From a bacterium (lineage in GTDB: Bacteria > Verrucomicrobiota > Verrucomicrobiia > Limisphaerales > RI-55): 64,000 nucleotides of DNA. The translations under genes were made by a program, and so were the position numbers. The notes beneath the pieces are model-generated. The model ran no database searches. It saw only the letters and a list, made by a program, of their open reading frames with translations, and was not told where the DNA came from. Below, piece after piece: positions 29,619-38,964 of the stretch. Numbering within the stretch: the stretch's first letter is position 1; every line of letters begins with the position of its first letter. The DNA lies in assembly GCA_031362805.1 (NCBI GenBank), contig JANLTG010000215.1, positions 13,522 through 77,521 of the forward strand. Reading direction: 5' to 3'.

Positions 29619-30203
29619 ATGCCCACAATTTCTGATTTACTTGAAAGAATTCGCCAACGCCCCGGCATGTATCTCGGGGAGCGCTCGCTAACGGCATTGC
29701 GTTCCACGCTGGCAGGCTACGAACTGGCACTCGGCTTACATCGCATCGAAGGCGATTTATCCATGCGGCTGCCAGTTGGGTTTAACGACTGGGTTGCGTA
29801 CCGCCAGCACTTCTACGAGCCAACAAGTGGTTGGAAGAACATGATCCTGAGCAAGAGTCAAAGTGAGGCAGTCGCTTTCGATCGATTCTTTGAACTGCTT
29901 GATCAGTTCACCGATCGGAAGAGCAGAATCGTAGCAAAGCTGGCCGATGTGCGGAAGACCTACACCGTGAGTTCAGGAGGGACAGAACAGACCGAGCGTT
30001 ATCCTGCGAATATTTCGTTGGTTACCTTCACGGATGACCCGGGATTCTTTGCACAATCTGACGAGCCTGGGTGTTCGCTCCCTGGCGGAGATTTTGAATT
30101 CTATCCTTCCCTCAAATCATTTGAGGTCAGAATGAGGATTAATCGTTCACTACTTACCGTGGTCGATACGGAAACTTTTGAGCGATGGATAAGCAGCGTC
30201 TAG
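29619..30203 (+). CDS. Hypothetical protein (194 aa) with an N-terminal RQRPGMYLG motif
   Basis: ATG at 29619. MPTISDLLERIRQRPGMYLGERSL echoes the R.RPGMYIG start of GyrB/topoisomerase ATPase domains, but the rest is unrelated and short. AT-richer than the flanks. Confidence 0.4.
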   Translation: MPTISDLLERIRQRPGMYLGERSLTALRSTLAGYELALGLHRIEGDLSMRLPVGFNDWVAYRQHFYEPTSGWKNMILSKSQSEAVAFDRFFELLDQFTDRKSRIVAKLADVRKTYTVSSGGTEQTERYPANISLVTFTDDPGFFAQSDEPGCSLPGGDFEFYPSLKSFEVRMRINRSLLTVVDTETFERWISSV

Positions 30204-30261
30204 TCGGCCGAAGCAATTCTATTGGATCCAATCAGGGCCGGTATGAGCCTCACCCCACCAC

Positions 30262-30945
30262 TCACTGTTGACTCGCGCTGGATTGCTCGGCGGCGCGGGC
30301 GTTGCGGATGAAGGCGGCGATCTTCGCGTGATCCTTCTTCCCCGGCGCGGATTCCACGCCGCTCGAAACATCGAAGCCGAATGGCCGGACGTGCGCGACC
30401 GCTGCCGCGACGTTCTCGGGATTCAAGCCGCCCGCCAGGATCACCGGCCGGCCCTTGAGCTTCGCAGCGATGGCCAGCTCCCAGTCGAAGCCGTGGCCGG
30501 TGCCGCCGTGGCTGCCGGCCACATGGCTGTCGAGCAACCAGGCATCGGCCTCGGGATAGCGGCGCACGACGCGCAAGGAGTCGGCGCTCTCGATTCGGAA
30601 CGCCTTCCAGGTGGGCAGTGGGCGAAAGCTCGCGCAGAACTCCGGCGTTTCCTCCCCGTGAAATTGCAACGCGTCGATGCCGGTGGCGGCAATGACTTCG
30701 CGCACCTCGGCCTCCGTGGCATTCACGAAGACGCCGACCTTCGCGACACGGGCGGGAATTTGATCGATGATCTGCCGCGCAGCCGGCGCTTCGATGAACC
30801 GTTTGCTCGGGCGGTAGAACATGAAGCCCAGCGCATCGGCGCCCGACGCGACGGCGGCCTGCGCGTCCGCGAGGTTCGTGATGCCGCAGATTTTGATGAG
30901 CAAAGGCACGGGCGGGAAGGTGTTGATCGGGTGCCGGGATGACAA
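30262..30945 (-). CDS. trpF: Phosphoribosylanthranilate isomerase
   Basis: 227 aa. LIKICGITNLADAQAAVASGADALGFMFY.PSKR and LAGGLNPENV motifs. Confidence 0.85.
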   Translation of the reverse strand: MSSRHPINTFPPVPLLIKICGITNLADAQAAVASGADALGFMFYRPSKRFIEAPAARQIIDQIPARVAKVGVFVNATEAEVREVIAATGIDALQFHGEETPEFCASFRPLPTWKAFRIESADSLRVVRRYPEADAWLLDSHVAGSHGGTGHGFDWELAIAAKLKGRPVILAGGLNPENVAAAVAHVRPFGFDVSSGVESAPGKKDHAKIAAFIRNARAAEQSSASQQ

Positions 30946-31065
30946 GGGGGAATTCCGATGGTAGGGCGAGGCTCCTGCCGAGCCATGAACATCGCTGCGC
31001 TCGTTCCTGGCGAAGCCACGGCGGACCAGCAGGTCCGCCCCACCATTTCAAACCGTTGCCCGACC

Positions 31066-32382
31066 TTACCTGGCGGCGGTCTTCGTCTCTGTCGAGATGC
31101 ACCAGAGGCCCTTGTAGGTGCGGAGGATCAGGTCCTTGCCGGAGACGATGAGCGAGGAATTAGTGGGTTCACCGAGCGCGTTGCTGGCGAGCACTTCAAA
31201 CTTACGACTCGCCCGGACGACGTGCGTTTCGCCAGCTTGATTAACAAAATAAACGCGATCGCCGGCGAGCATCGCCGAGGACCAGGAGTCTCCTTTGGCC
31301 CCCAGCACGGGCAATCGCTCCACCCAGACTTGTTTGCCAGTCGCCAGTTCGAGGCACTCAACCATGCCGTCCTGGTTGATCAGAAACACGAGGCCGTCCT
31401 TGATGACACTCGAACCGATCCGGCCTTTTCTGGCGCGTTGTTCGTGCCAGACGCGGGCCTGGGCGGTGATGTCGCCGGTGCCCGCGGGTTTGACCAACAT
31501 GCCCGAGCCCATAAAGCCGCCGAGCGTCAGCACCTGCCCATCGTGAATCACCGGGCTGGTGTAAACGAGTGGGTTGAGCCCGCCGCAGCGCCAGAGCTCC
31601 TTGCCGGTGGCGGGGTCGAAGGCGTGGAGGAATTCCGGCAGGCTGATGACGAGCTGGTCGTGGCCATCGATCTTCGTGAGCACGGGCGTACTGAAACTGC
31701 CGATGATGCCGGGTCCGCGGCCGGCGAAGCCGTCGGTGCGTTCGCCGGGAACGGGCTCCGGCAGGGCGACGCGCCAGAGGGTTTCGCCATTCTTCAAATT
31801 GAGCGCGTAAAAGGCGGAGTGGGTGCCGGGGCCGTGATAGATGAAAACGCGATCGCCAAGAATCACTGGCGAGGAGGCATTGCCCCAGGTGTGAATCTGG
31901 GGGCCGAGATCGCGGTGCCAGAGCTCCTGACCTTTGAAGTCATAGGCGAAGATGCCGGCCGAGCCGTAGGTCGCGACGACCGTCTTGCCATCCGTAACGG
32001 GTGAGGCGGCGCAATAGGGATTGTCGCTGTGGGTGGACTCCTCCTGCGCGAATGTGGTGCCCTTTTGCCAGAGCAAATTGCCCGTGCGGGAGTCGAACGA
32101 CAGGAGACCGCGGAAGTGATCCTTCTCGATGGCTTGCGTGACGAAGATTTGGTTGCCCGAGACGATCGGCGAGGAGTTGCCGCGCTCCGGGAGGTCCACC
32201 CGCCAAAGAATGTTTTTGGTCGGGCTCCATTCGAGCGGGACATTGGCCTCGGGGGAGAAGCCGTTGGCGTTGGGTCCGCGCCAGGCGGGCCAGTTGGCTT
32301 GAGAAAAAGCGGGTAGCGTGAGGCTCGCGGCCACCAGCAGCGCTGACAGCAGGGTCAATCGGACGGAGGGTCGGGCGTTCAT
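31066..32382 (-). CDS. Secreted PQQ-like beta-propeller repeat protein
   Basis: ATG at 32382 gives a signal peptide (LTLLSALLVAASLTLPAFSQA). NWPAWRGPNANG start and repeated ...LWR/LWQ propeller blades. Confidence 0.7.
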   Translation of the reverse strand: MNARPSVRLTLLSALLVAASLTLPAFSQANWPAWRGPNANGFSPEANVPLEWSPTKNILWRVDLPERGNSSPIVSGNQIFVTQAIEKDHFRGLLSFDSRTGNLLWQKGTTFAQEESTHSDNPYCAASPVTDGKTVVATYGSAGIFAYDFKGQELWHRDLGPQIHTWGNASSPVILGDRVFIYHGPGTHSAFYALNLKNGETLWRVALPEPVPGERTDGFAGRGPGIIGSFSTPVLTKIDGHDQLVISLPEFLHAFDPATGKELWRCGGLNPLVYTSPVIHDGQVLTLGGFMGSGMLVKPAGTGDITAQARVWHEQRARKGRIGSSVIKDGLVFLINQDGMVECLELATGKQVWVERLPVLGAKGDSWSSAMLAGDRVYFVNQAGETHVVRASRKFEVLASNALGEPTNSSLIVSGKDLILRTYKGLWCISTETKTAAR

Positions 32383-32553
32383 GGGACGGACGCTAGCCAG
32401 CCCGGCGGCGAATGCCAAGCGACAAGGCGGTGACTGCCCGGCACGATTTTCCGGTAAAGTACCGGCGGAAGAGTGCCGATGAGTTGGTGGCAACCATTCG
32501 AGCATCGCCGTGGCCGGCGACGCTGATCGGCGGCACGCGACCTGTCATCCATC

Positions 32554-33375
32554 ATGAGGACGTCCACGTCCGAGGCGAAAGCCTTCGACTACATCATCTC
32601 GTTGATCTACGAGCGCACCCGCATCCGGTTGCACGACGGGAAGCAGCACCTGATTCGCTCGCGCCTGGGCAAGCGCATGCGGCTTCACGGCATTGAGCTG
32701 TTTGAGGATTATTGCGACTTCCTGCAGAACCGCGCAGACGAAGAGGAGTTCACGCACGTCGTGGACGCGTTGACGACGAACTTCACCAATTTTTTGCGCG
32801 AGAAGGATCACTTCGATTTCATGGTTGATAAGGGGCTGCCAGCCGTGCTGCCGGAGGGCCGCCGCAGTTTCAAAGTCTGGAGTGCGGCCAGCGCGACCGG
32901 CGAGGAGCCGTATAGCATCGCGTTCTATCTGGCGGAAAAGTTTCCCCTGGCGCAGGCGTGGGATTGGCGGATTCTCGCGACGGATATTTCAACGAAAGCG
33001 CTGGGCAAGGCGCGGGCAGGCGTTTACCCGCTTGAACGGGCGGCGGCGGTCCCACGTGAGTGGCTGAAGCGCTACTGCCAGCGCGGCACCGGCGAGTATG
33101 AAGGCCACTTCCGCATCAAGCCCGCCATCAGCGACCGGGTGGAGTTCAAGCACCTGAATCTCCTGGGTCAGATCTCGCTGCCGTCGGCGTTTGACTTGAT
33201 CTTTTGCCGCAACGTCATGATCTATTTTGACCGGCCGACGCAGGAGCAACTGGTGACCGAGCTGGCGCGCTTTCTGGTGCCCGGCGGTTACCTCCTGATC
33301 GGCCATTCGGAAAGCCTGAACGGCCTGAACGTGCCGTTCAAATGCGAGCGGCCCAGCATCTACCGAAAGCTATAA
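32554..33375 (+). CDS. cheR: Chemotaxis protein-glutamate O-methyltransferase
   Basis: 273 aa. TTNFTNFLRE, KVWSAASATGEEPYSIA, IFCRNVMIYFD motifs. Confidence 0.9.
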   Translation: MRTSTSEAKAFDYIISLIYERTRIRLHDGKQHLIRSRLGKRMRLHGIELFEDYCDFLQNRADEEEFTHVVDALTTNFTNFLREKDHFDFMVDKGLPAVLPEGRRSFKVWSAASATGEEPYSIAFYLAEKFPLAQAWDWRILATDISTKALGKARAGVYPLERAAAVPREWLKRYCQRGTGEYEGHFRIKPAISDRVEFKHLNLLGQISLPSAFDLIFCRNVMIYFDRPTQEQLVTELARFLVPGGYLLIGHSESLNGLNVPFKCERPSIYRKL

Positions 33376-33382
33376 ACCACGC

Positions 33383-33907
33383 ATGGCCTCACCATCACTA
33401 GCGGGCTTGTTCGAGCAGAAGGTCGTCGTGGGCATCGCCGATCTGGCGGTCTCCAACAATCAGACCCTGACGCTGGCGACCTATTCGCTCGGCAGTTGCA
33501 TCGGCGTCTCCATCTACGATCCCGTCGCCAAAGTGGGCGGACTGTTGCACGTCATGCTGCCCGAGTCGAAGATCGACATCGACAAGGCCCAGCGGCAGCC
33601 CGCGATGTTCATGGACACCGGCGTCCCCGCGTTGTTCCGGGCGGCCTATCAGCTCAAGGCGGAAAAATACCGCGTGCAGATCTGCGTGGCCGGGGGCGCG
33701 CAAGTCATGGACAGCAGCGGCTTCTTCAGCATTGGCAAACGGAATTACGAGGGGCTCAAGGTTCTTTTGAACGAGCACGGGCTAAAGGTCCAAGCGGAAC
33801 AAGTGGGTGGCATGGTCAGCCGGTCAATGTATCTCAACCTCGCCACGGGCGAAGTGAAGTTGAAAGTATCGGGCCAGACAGAGGACTTCATATTATGCAA
33901 GAGCTAG
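33383..33907 (+). CDS. cheD: Chemoreceptor glutamine deamidase
   Basis: 174 aa. LATYSLGSCIGVSIYDPVAKVGGLLHVMLP is the CheD catalytic Cys region. Confidence 0.9.
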   Translation: MASPSLAGLFEQKVVVGIADLAVSNNQTLTLATYSLGSCIGVSIYDPVAKVGGLLHVMLPESKIDIDKAQRQPAMFMDTGVPALFRAAYQLKAEKYRVQICVAGGAQVMDSSGFFSIGKRNYEGLKVLLNEHGLKVQAEQVGGMVSRSMYLNLATGEVKLKVSGQTEDFILCKS

Positions 33908-34749
33908 ACGACTACATCAACCGGGTGAAACACCTGCCGCCTGCGCCGCTCGTGCTGCCGCAGTTGCTGCCGTTGTTAAACCAGCCGGACATCGATTGCA
34001 GCAAGGTGGTGGAGGTCATCACCTACGATCAATCCCTCACGGCCGCGGTCATCCAGACCTGCAACAGCGCGTTCTTCGCCGGCCGGTCGCCCGTGGATGA
34101 TCTTCAGGAAGCCATCCAGCGAATCGGTTTCCGCGAGGTTTACCAGGTGGTGCTCGCGGTCAGCGGCGCCCGCGTGCTCGGACCCGCGCAAAAAGGCTAC
34201 GGCATCGCCGAGGGCGAACTATGGCAGCACTCGGTCTGCACGGCGGTCGCCGCGCAGCTCATGGCGGAGGACAAGGGCGAGGATACGAGCGTGGTCTTCA
34301 CGGCGGCCCTCATGCATGACGTGGGCAAACTGGTGCTGGCCGGTGCGCTCGAGGGCATCTACACCAAAGTCATGGAGGAGACCGAGCAGAACCAGTACTC
34401 GCTGCTGGAGACGGAGAAGAAGCTGCTGGGAGTGCAGCACGCCGAGATTGGCGGCCGCCTGCTCGCGCGCTGGAAATTTCCGGCCAACCTCGTCAGTGCG
34501 GTGTGGTTCCATCATCAACCCAGTGCGGCCAAACCATTTGAGAAGCTGGCTTCGTTCGTTTACCTCGGCAACATGATTGCCCACTTCCTCGGCTTTGGCT
34601 TCGGCCACCAGGCGTTTGCGCTTCGGGGCCGCTCCGACGCGATGGAGATTCTTGAGTTCACGTCGGACGATCTGGCGCGGTACATGATCAAGACGCTCGA
34701 AAAGTTTGCCGAGGTTCAGAAACTGTTCGGCGGGATGGGGGAGAAATGA
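33895..34749 (+). CDS. HDOD domain signalling protein
   Basis: ATG at 33895 (MQELDDYINRVKHLPPAPLVLPQLLPLL...). Motifs ITYDQSLTAAVIQTCNSAFF, HDVGKLVL, HAEIGGRLLARW. It overlaps cheD by 13 nt and cheB by 4 nt. Confidence 0.8.
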   Translation: MQELDDYINRVKHLPPAPLVLPQLLPLLNQPDIDCSKVVEVITYDQSLTAAVIQTCNSAFFAGRSPVDDLQEAIQRIGFREVYQVVLAVSGARVLGPAQKGYGIAEGELWQHSVCTAVAAQLMAEDKGEDTSVVFTAALMHDVGKLVLAGALEGIYTKVMEETEQNQYSLLETEKKLLGVQHAEIGGRLLARWKFPANLVSAVWFHHQPSAAKPFEKLASFVYLGNMIAHFLGFGFGHQAFALRGRSDAMEILEFTSDDLARYMIKTLEKFAEVQKLFGGMGEK

Positions 34750-35831
34750 ACACCGGCCCCGTTCGCGTGCTGATCGTGGACGACTCGGCGGTCGTACGGA
34801 AAATCCTTTCTGACTGCCTCGCCGGCCAGCCCGGCATCGAGGTGGTTGGAACCGCCGTCAACCCGTACGAGGCCCGGGACAAGATCCTGGAACTGAAGCC
34901 CGACGTCCTGACGCTCGACATCGAGATGCCGCTGATGGACGGCCTGACCTTTCTCAAGGTGATCATGCAGCACCGGCCGATGCCGGTGATCATTGTCAGC
35001 TCGCTGGCGGCCGCCGGTTCCGACAAGGCCCTCGAAGCTTTGCAAGCAGGCGCGGTCGACATCATGCAGAAGCCGGACAGCGCCCTGTTCCACGCCGAGG
35101 ATACGGCGGTGCTGGCGGAGAAGATACGTGCGGCCGCGCACAGCCGGTTTAAACGGCAACTGCCATCCGAGCATACTATTTTCACCCGGCGCCCCGCGGT
35201 TGCCGGGGAACAGGCGCGGCGGTTTCATCCCCGGGAACTGATCCTGGTCGGGTCGTCCACGGGCGGCACCGAGGCGATTCGCAAGGTCTTCACCCGGCTG
35301 CCCCCCAGCCTGCCGCCCATCGCGGTCGTGCAGCACATCCCGGCTTATTTTTCCGCCGCCTTCGCCAAACGCCTCAATGAGCTGTGCCGCATTGAAGTAC
35401 GGGAAGCCCGCAACGGCGACCGGCTCGTGCCGGGCCTGGCGTTGATTGCGCCGGGAGGGCATCACCTGCTCATCCGTTGGATCGGCGATCACTACGAGGC
35501 GATTCTGAACGACGGACCGAAGATTCATCATCAGCGACCAGCGGTGGATGTGCTGTTCGAGTCCGCCGTCAAATGCGGGGCCGCCCGCCACACCCTGGCG
35601 TTAATTCTAACCGGCATGGGGTCCGATGGCGCCTCGGGGTTGCTGCGATTGAGGGAAGACGGGGCCGACACGGTGGCTCAGGATGAGGATTCTTGTGTCG
35701 TGTTCGGCATGCCCCGGGAAGCGATCAAGGCCGGTGCCGCCCGGAAGGTCTTGCCCCTTGAAGACATGGCCGACTACATCGAGAAACACGCGGCGCAACG
35801 GGCGCTGGCTGGTTTGCCGGCCGGCGCTTGA
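34746..35831 (+). CDS. cheB: Chemotaxis response regulator protein-glutamate methylesterase
   Basis: 361 aa. Receiver domain VLIVDDSAVVRK...DVLTLDIEMPLMDGL. Methylesterase motifs GSSTGGTEA and LTGMGSDG. Confidence 0.95.
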   Translation: MNTGPVRVLIVDDSAVVRKILSDCLAGQPGIEVVGTAVNPYEARDKILELKPDVLTLDIEMPLMDGLTFLKVIMQHRPMPVIIVSSLAAAGSDKALEALQAGAVDIMQKPDSALFHAEDTAVLAEKIRAAAHSRFKRQLPSEHTIFTRRPAVAGEQARRFHPRELILVGSSTGGTEAIRKVFTRLPPSLPPIAVVQHIPAYFSAAFAKRLNELCRIEVREARNGDRLVPGLALIAPGGHHLLIRWIGDHYEAILNDGPKIHHQRPAVDVLFESAVKCGAARHTLALILTGMGSDGASGLLRLREDGADTVAQDEDSCVVFGMPREAIKAGAARKVLPLEDMADYIEKHAAQRALAGLPAGA

Positions 35832-35943
35832 GCTTCCGAGGCGGGTGCTCCGGGTAGTCTGGACGGTCGAGAAGCCGCTATTTTGAGCCGATTTCGGACT
35901 TGCGTTTTGGAGGGGTGGCCCGGAGATTTCGCGCCTCATTTTT

Positions 35944-36714
35944 ATGGACCAGCAGCCGCCACAGCAGTCACCGCGCGTTACGATTGAAGAGATCATTGTC
36001 TGGATCGCCGACCGGAAGATGTTCGTGCTGGGCGGCATTGCCGCGATCGGCATCGCCGGCCTGGTCATCGTGTCTTATCAGTCGAGCGCCGAGGGCAAGG
36101 AACATCGGGCGACCGCCGCGCTGTTTCAATTGCAGGCCGCGAGCAACGCCAAGACGAACGAACCCACCGTAGCTGAATACCAGACCCTGCTGCCGCAAAC
36201 GGAAGGCACCGGCATCACCCAGCACATCAAGCTGCGGGAGGCTGCCAGCCTGTTTGCCGACGGCAAGTATGCCGAGGCACAACAGGGATTCGAAGCGTTC
36301 GGGCGGGACTTTCCCGAAAGCCGCCTCCTGCCGGAAGCCTACCTCGGTGGAGCGGCAAGTCTGGAAGCCCAAGGCAAGGCCGCCGAAGCCCTGATCCGTT
36401 ATCAGGAATTGAGCACCCGCTTTGCCCAATCATCACTCGTCAGCCGCGCCCGGTTGGGACAGGCCAGACTGTTTGAGAAACAAGGCGAGCAGCAACAGGC
36501 GTTTCGCATTTATCAGGAGCTGGCCTCGCAAAACTCGACGGGCGGCGGGCAATTCGGCCAGACGTCGCCGTTGCAAGTGGACGCCAGCATCGCCGCCCGG
36601 CGTATGGTTAAAGCGAATCCCGCGTTGATCCAGACCAACGCGCCCAGCGCCACGCCGCTGATCGCTCCCACCAATTTGCCCGCGTTGACTCCGGCTCCGG
36701 CAGGCTCGCAATAG
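35944..36714 (+). CDS. Membrane-anchored tetratricopeptide-repeat protein (YfgM-like)
   Basis: 256 aa. TM helix FVLGGIAAIGIAGLVIV followed by TPR-like helices (YAEAQQGFEAF..., AEALIRYQEL...). Confidence 0.55.
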   Translation: MDQQPPQQSPRVTIEEIIVWIADRKMFVLGGIAAIGIAGLVIVSYQSSAEGKEHRATAALFQLQAASNAKTNEPTVAEYQTLLPQTEGTGITQHIKLREAASLFADGKYAEAQQGFEAFGRDFPESRLLPEAYLGGAASLEAQGKAAEALIRYQELSTRFAQSSLVSRARLGQARLFEKQGEQQQAFRIYQELASQNSTGGGQFGQTSPLQVDASIAARRMVKANPALIQTNAPSATPLIAPTNLPALTPAPAGSQ

Positions 36715-36809
36715 CGTGCGCTGTTCCGGAGGCGCGTCGGCGCGAGGGCGGTCCTGATCCCGGCTCCAATGTTTGGCGGATCGCTCGCAACCTCAGTGTC
36801 AGGCCAATC

Positions 36810-38108
36810 ATGAAGATCGCGATCATCGGAACGGGCTACGTGGGTTTGGTCACGGGCACGTGCTTTGCCGCCGTGGGCCACGACGTGACCTGCGTGGACA
36901 ACGACGCGAGGAAGGTTGCGCTCCTCCAGAGCGGCGGCATCCCCATCTACGAGCCCGGCCTCGAGGAGCTGGTCAAACAGAACGTCGCCGCCGGGCGCCT
37001 GCGCTTCACCGACAACATCGTCGAGGGCGTCCAGCGCTCGCAGGTCATCTTCATCGCCGTCTCCACCCCGCCGCTGGCGGACGGCGGCGTTGACCTGAGC
37101 TTTGTCGAGCGCGTCACCCGCGAAGTCGCCCAGGCGATGACCGACTACAAGATCATCGTCGACAAGAGCACCGTGCCCGTGAAGACCGGGGAGAAGGTTG
37201 CCGCGACCATCCGCCGCTATTGCAAGGCCCAGGTTGAGTTTGACGTGGTGAGCAACCCCGAATTCCTGCGCGAAGGCTTCGCCGTCGAGGACTTGATGAA
37301 GCCCGACCGCATCGTCATCGGCGTGACCAGCGCACGGCCCGTGTCGGCGATGAAGGAGATCTACACGCCCTTCAACGCGCCGATCATCGTCACGGACATC
37401 AATTCCGCCGAGCTGATCAAGCACGCCGCCAACTCCTTCCTGGCGCTCAAGATCTCCTACATCAACGCCATCGCCGTCGTGTGCGAAGCTTCGGGCGCCA
37501 ACGTGCAGGAAGTGGCGAACGGCATCGGGATGGACGAACGCATCGGCCGGCGGTTCCTGAACCCTTCTCTGGGCTTTGGCGGCAGTTGCTTCCCGAAAGA
37601 TCTGAGCGCGTTCATCAAGATTTCCGAACAGTTGGGTTACGACTTCCGGTTGCTCAAGGAAGTGCAGCGGATCAACGCCGAGCAGATGGCGCGGTTTGTG
37701 AAGAAGATCACCGATACGCTGTGGGTGTTGCAGGACAAGACGCTGGGCGTGCTGGGGCTGGCGTTCAAGCAGAACACCGACGACGTGCGGATGAGCCCGG
37801 CGATTGAACTGTGCCAGCGGTTGCTGAAGGAAGGAGCCCGGCTGCGGGTGTATGACCCGCAGGCGATGGAGAAGGCCAAGGCGCTGCTGCCCGCGGGCGA
37901 GCAAGTGACCTACGTGGCGGCGATGAACGACGTGGCCGCAGGCTGTGATGCGCTGGTGATCGCGACAGAGTGGCCGGAGTTCAAGCAGCTTGATTTGGAA
38001 CGGGCACGCAAGCAATTGAGCCACCCGATCCTGTTTGACGGCCGGAACCTGTTCGACCCCGCCGAAATGGAACGCCTGGGCTTCGTCTACAAGTCGATCG
38101 GCAGGTAG
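36810..38108 (+). CDS. ugd: UDP-glucose 6-dehydrogenase
   Basis: 432 aa. MKIAIIGTGYVGLVTG, GFGGSCFPKD catalytic Cys motif, LAFKQNTDDVR. Confidence 0.9.
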   Translation: MKIAIIGTGYVGLVTGTCFAAVGHDVTCVDNDARKVALLQSGGIPIYEPGLEELVKQNVAAGRLRFTDNIVEGVQRSQVIFIAVSTPPLADGGVDLSFVERVTREVAQAMTDYKIIVDKSTVPVKTGEKVAATIRRYCKAQVEFDVVSNPEFLREGFAVEDLMKPDRIVIGVTSARPVSAMKEIYTPFNAPIIVTDINSAELIKHAANSFLALKISYINAIAVVCEASGANVQEVANGIGMDERIGRRFLNPSLGFGGSCFPKDLSAFIKISEQLGYDFRLLKEVQRINAEQMARFVKKITDTLWVLQDKTLGVLGLAFKQNTDDVRMSPAIELCQRLLKEGARLRVYDPQAMEKAKALLPAGEQVTYVAAMNDVAAGCDALVIATEWPEFKQLDLERARKQLSHPILFDGRNLFDPAEMERLGFVYKSIGR

Positions 38109-38118
38109 GGCAATTGCC

Positions 38119-38526
38119 GTGGCAACCCATGTCATTGAAGTTGCCGCCGGGTTGGTTTTTCACGAGGGCAGGCTGCTCATCACCCAGCGTCCGACGACTG
38201 GGCATCTTGCCAACTTGTGGGAGTTTCCGGGCGGCAAGCGCGAGCCTGACGAATCATTCGAGGAATGTCTCCAGCGGGAATTGCGGGAGGAATTGGCCAT
38301 CGAGATCGAGATCGGCGAGTTGCTGGCCGACCTTGAACACGCTTACGCCGAGAAAACCGTCCGATTGAAGTTCTTCCGCTGTCGGTGGGTGGGCGGGACG
38401 CCGGTCGCGATGGGCTGCCAAGCTTTCCAATGGGTGGACCGCTCGACGTTGGGGAACTTCACATTTCCGGAAGCCGACCGGCGGTTGCTGGATGATTTGC
38501 GGAACTCGCCGGACTGGTGGGACTAA
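38119..38526 (+). CDS. NUDIX hydrolase (MutT-like)
   Basis: Nudix box GGKREPDESFEECLQRELREELAI. The ORF opens at 38035 inside ugd. In-frame GTG at 38119 is the first start after the ugd stop. Confidence 0.75.
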   Translation: MATHVIEVAAGLVFHEGRLLITQRPTTGHLANLWEFPGGKREPDESFEECLQRELREELAIEIEIGELLADLEHAYAEKTVRLKFFRCRWVGGTPVAMGCQAFQWVDRSTLGNFTFPEADRRLLDDLRNSPDWWD

Positions 38527-38723
38527 GTCGCGATCGGATTACCGGAGGCCGCTGGCGGTGTGGCCGGACCCGTTGCTGCCTTGCCGCCCAGAATCTTGAA
38601 CATCACGGTCCCACAGGTAACGCACCTGCCCTTAATCGCCCGGCGGCCGTTCTTCATCGTTTCCTCGACCCCGTCGGTGATTTCCTTCCGGGTCTTGCAT
38701 TTGACGCAGTAGCCTTCGGTCAT
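38523..38723 (-). CDS. DUF5679-like small zinc-ribbon protein
   Basis: 66 aa. GYCVKCKTRKEI...MKNGRRAIKGRCVTCGTVMFKI carries two CxxC pairs. Its stop codon overlaps the convergent NUDIX stop (ctaa). Confidence 0.6.
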   Translation of the reverse strand: MTEGYCVKCKTRKEITDGVEETMKNGRRAIKGRCVTCGTVMFKILGGKAATGPATPPAASGNPIAT

Positions 38724-38964
38724 AAATAGGACGAGTCAGCCGGGAAACCGGATCGGACTGTTGAGGGCCGACTGTAGGGGCCATGAAAACCCACCGTCAA
38801 CGCGGAAAACCGGCGGATTTCCCCCTGTCTCGCGGCTGTCAGGCGCCGCAAGAAAGGGAGTCGCCGCGGCGAGGCGGGCGTATTCTCGTCTTGCCGCGAT
38901 GTTCTTCGCGCAGGTAGTTTGCGCCGCCATGAAGCCACTTTTCTTGGGCCACCCAACGTCACTT

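Noticed and set aside
36513-38135. 540-aa minus-strand ORF. Similar long antisense ORFs occur at 2691-4253, 7976-9079, 38959-40662, 43225-44382, 53476-55362 and 55903-57066.
   Set aside because: All lie opposite genes with strong motif support (ugd, the ceramidase-like gene, ilvC, binding proteins, livM, the giant GT/MT gene) and show no recognisable motifs. I treat them as GC-driven open frames.
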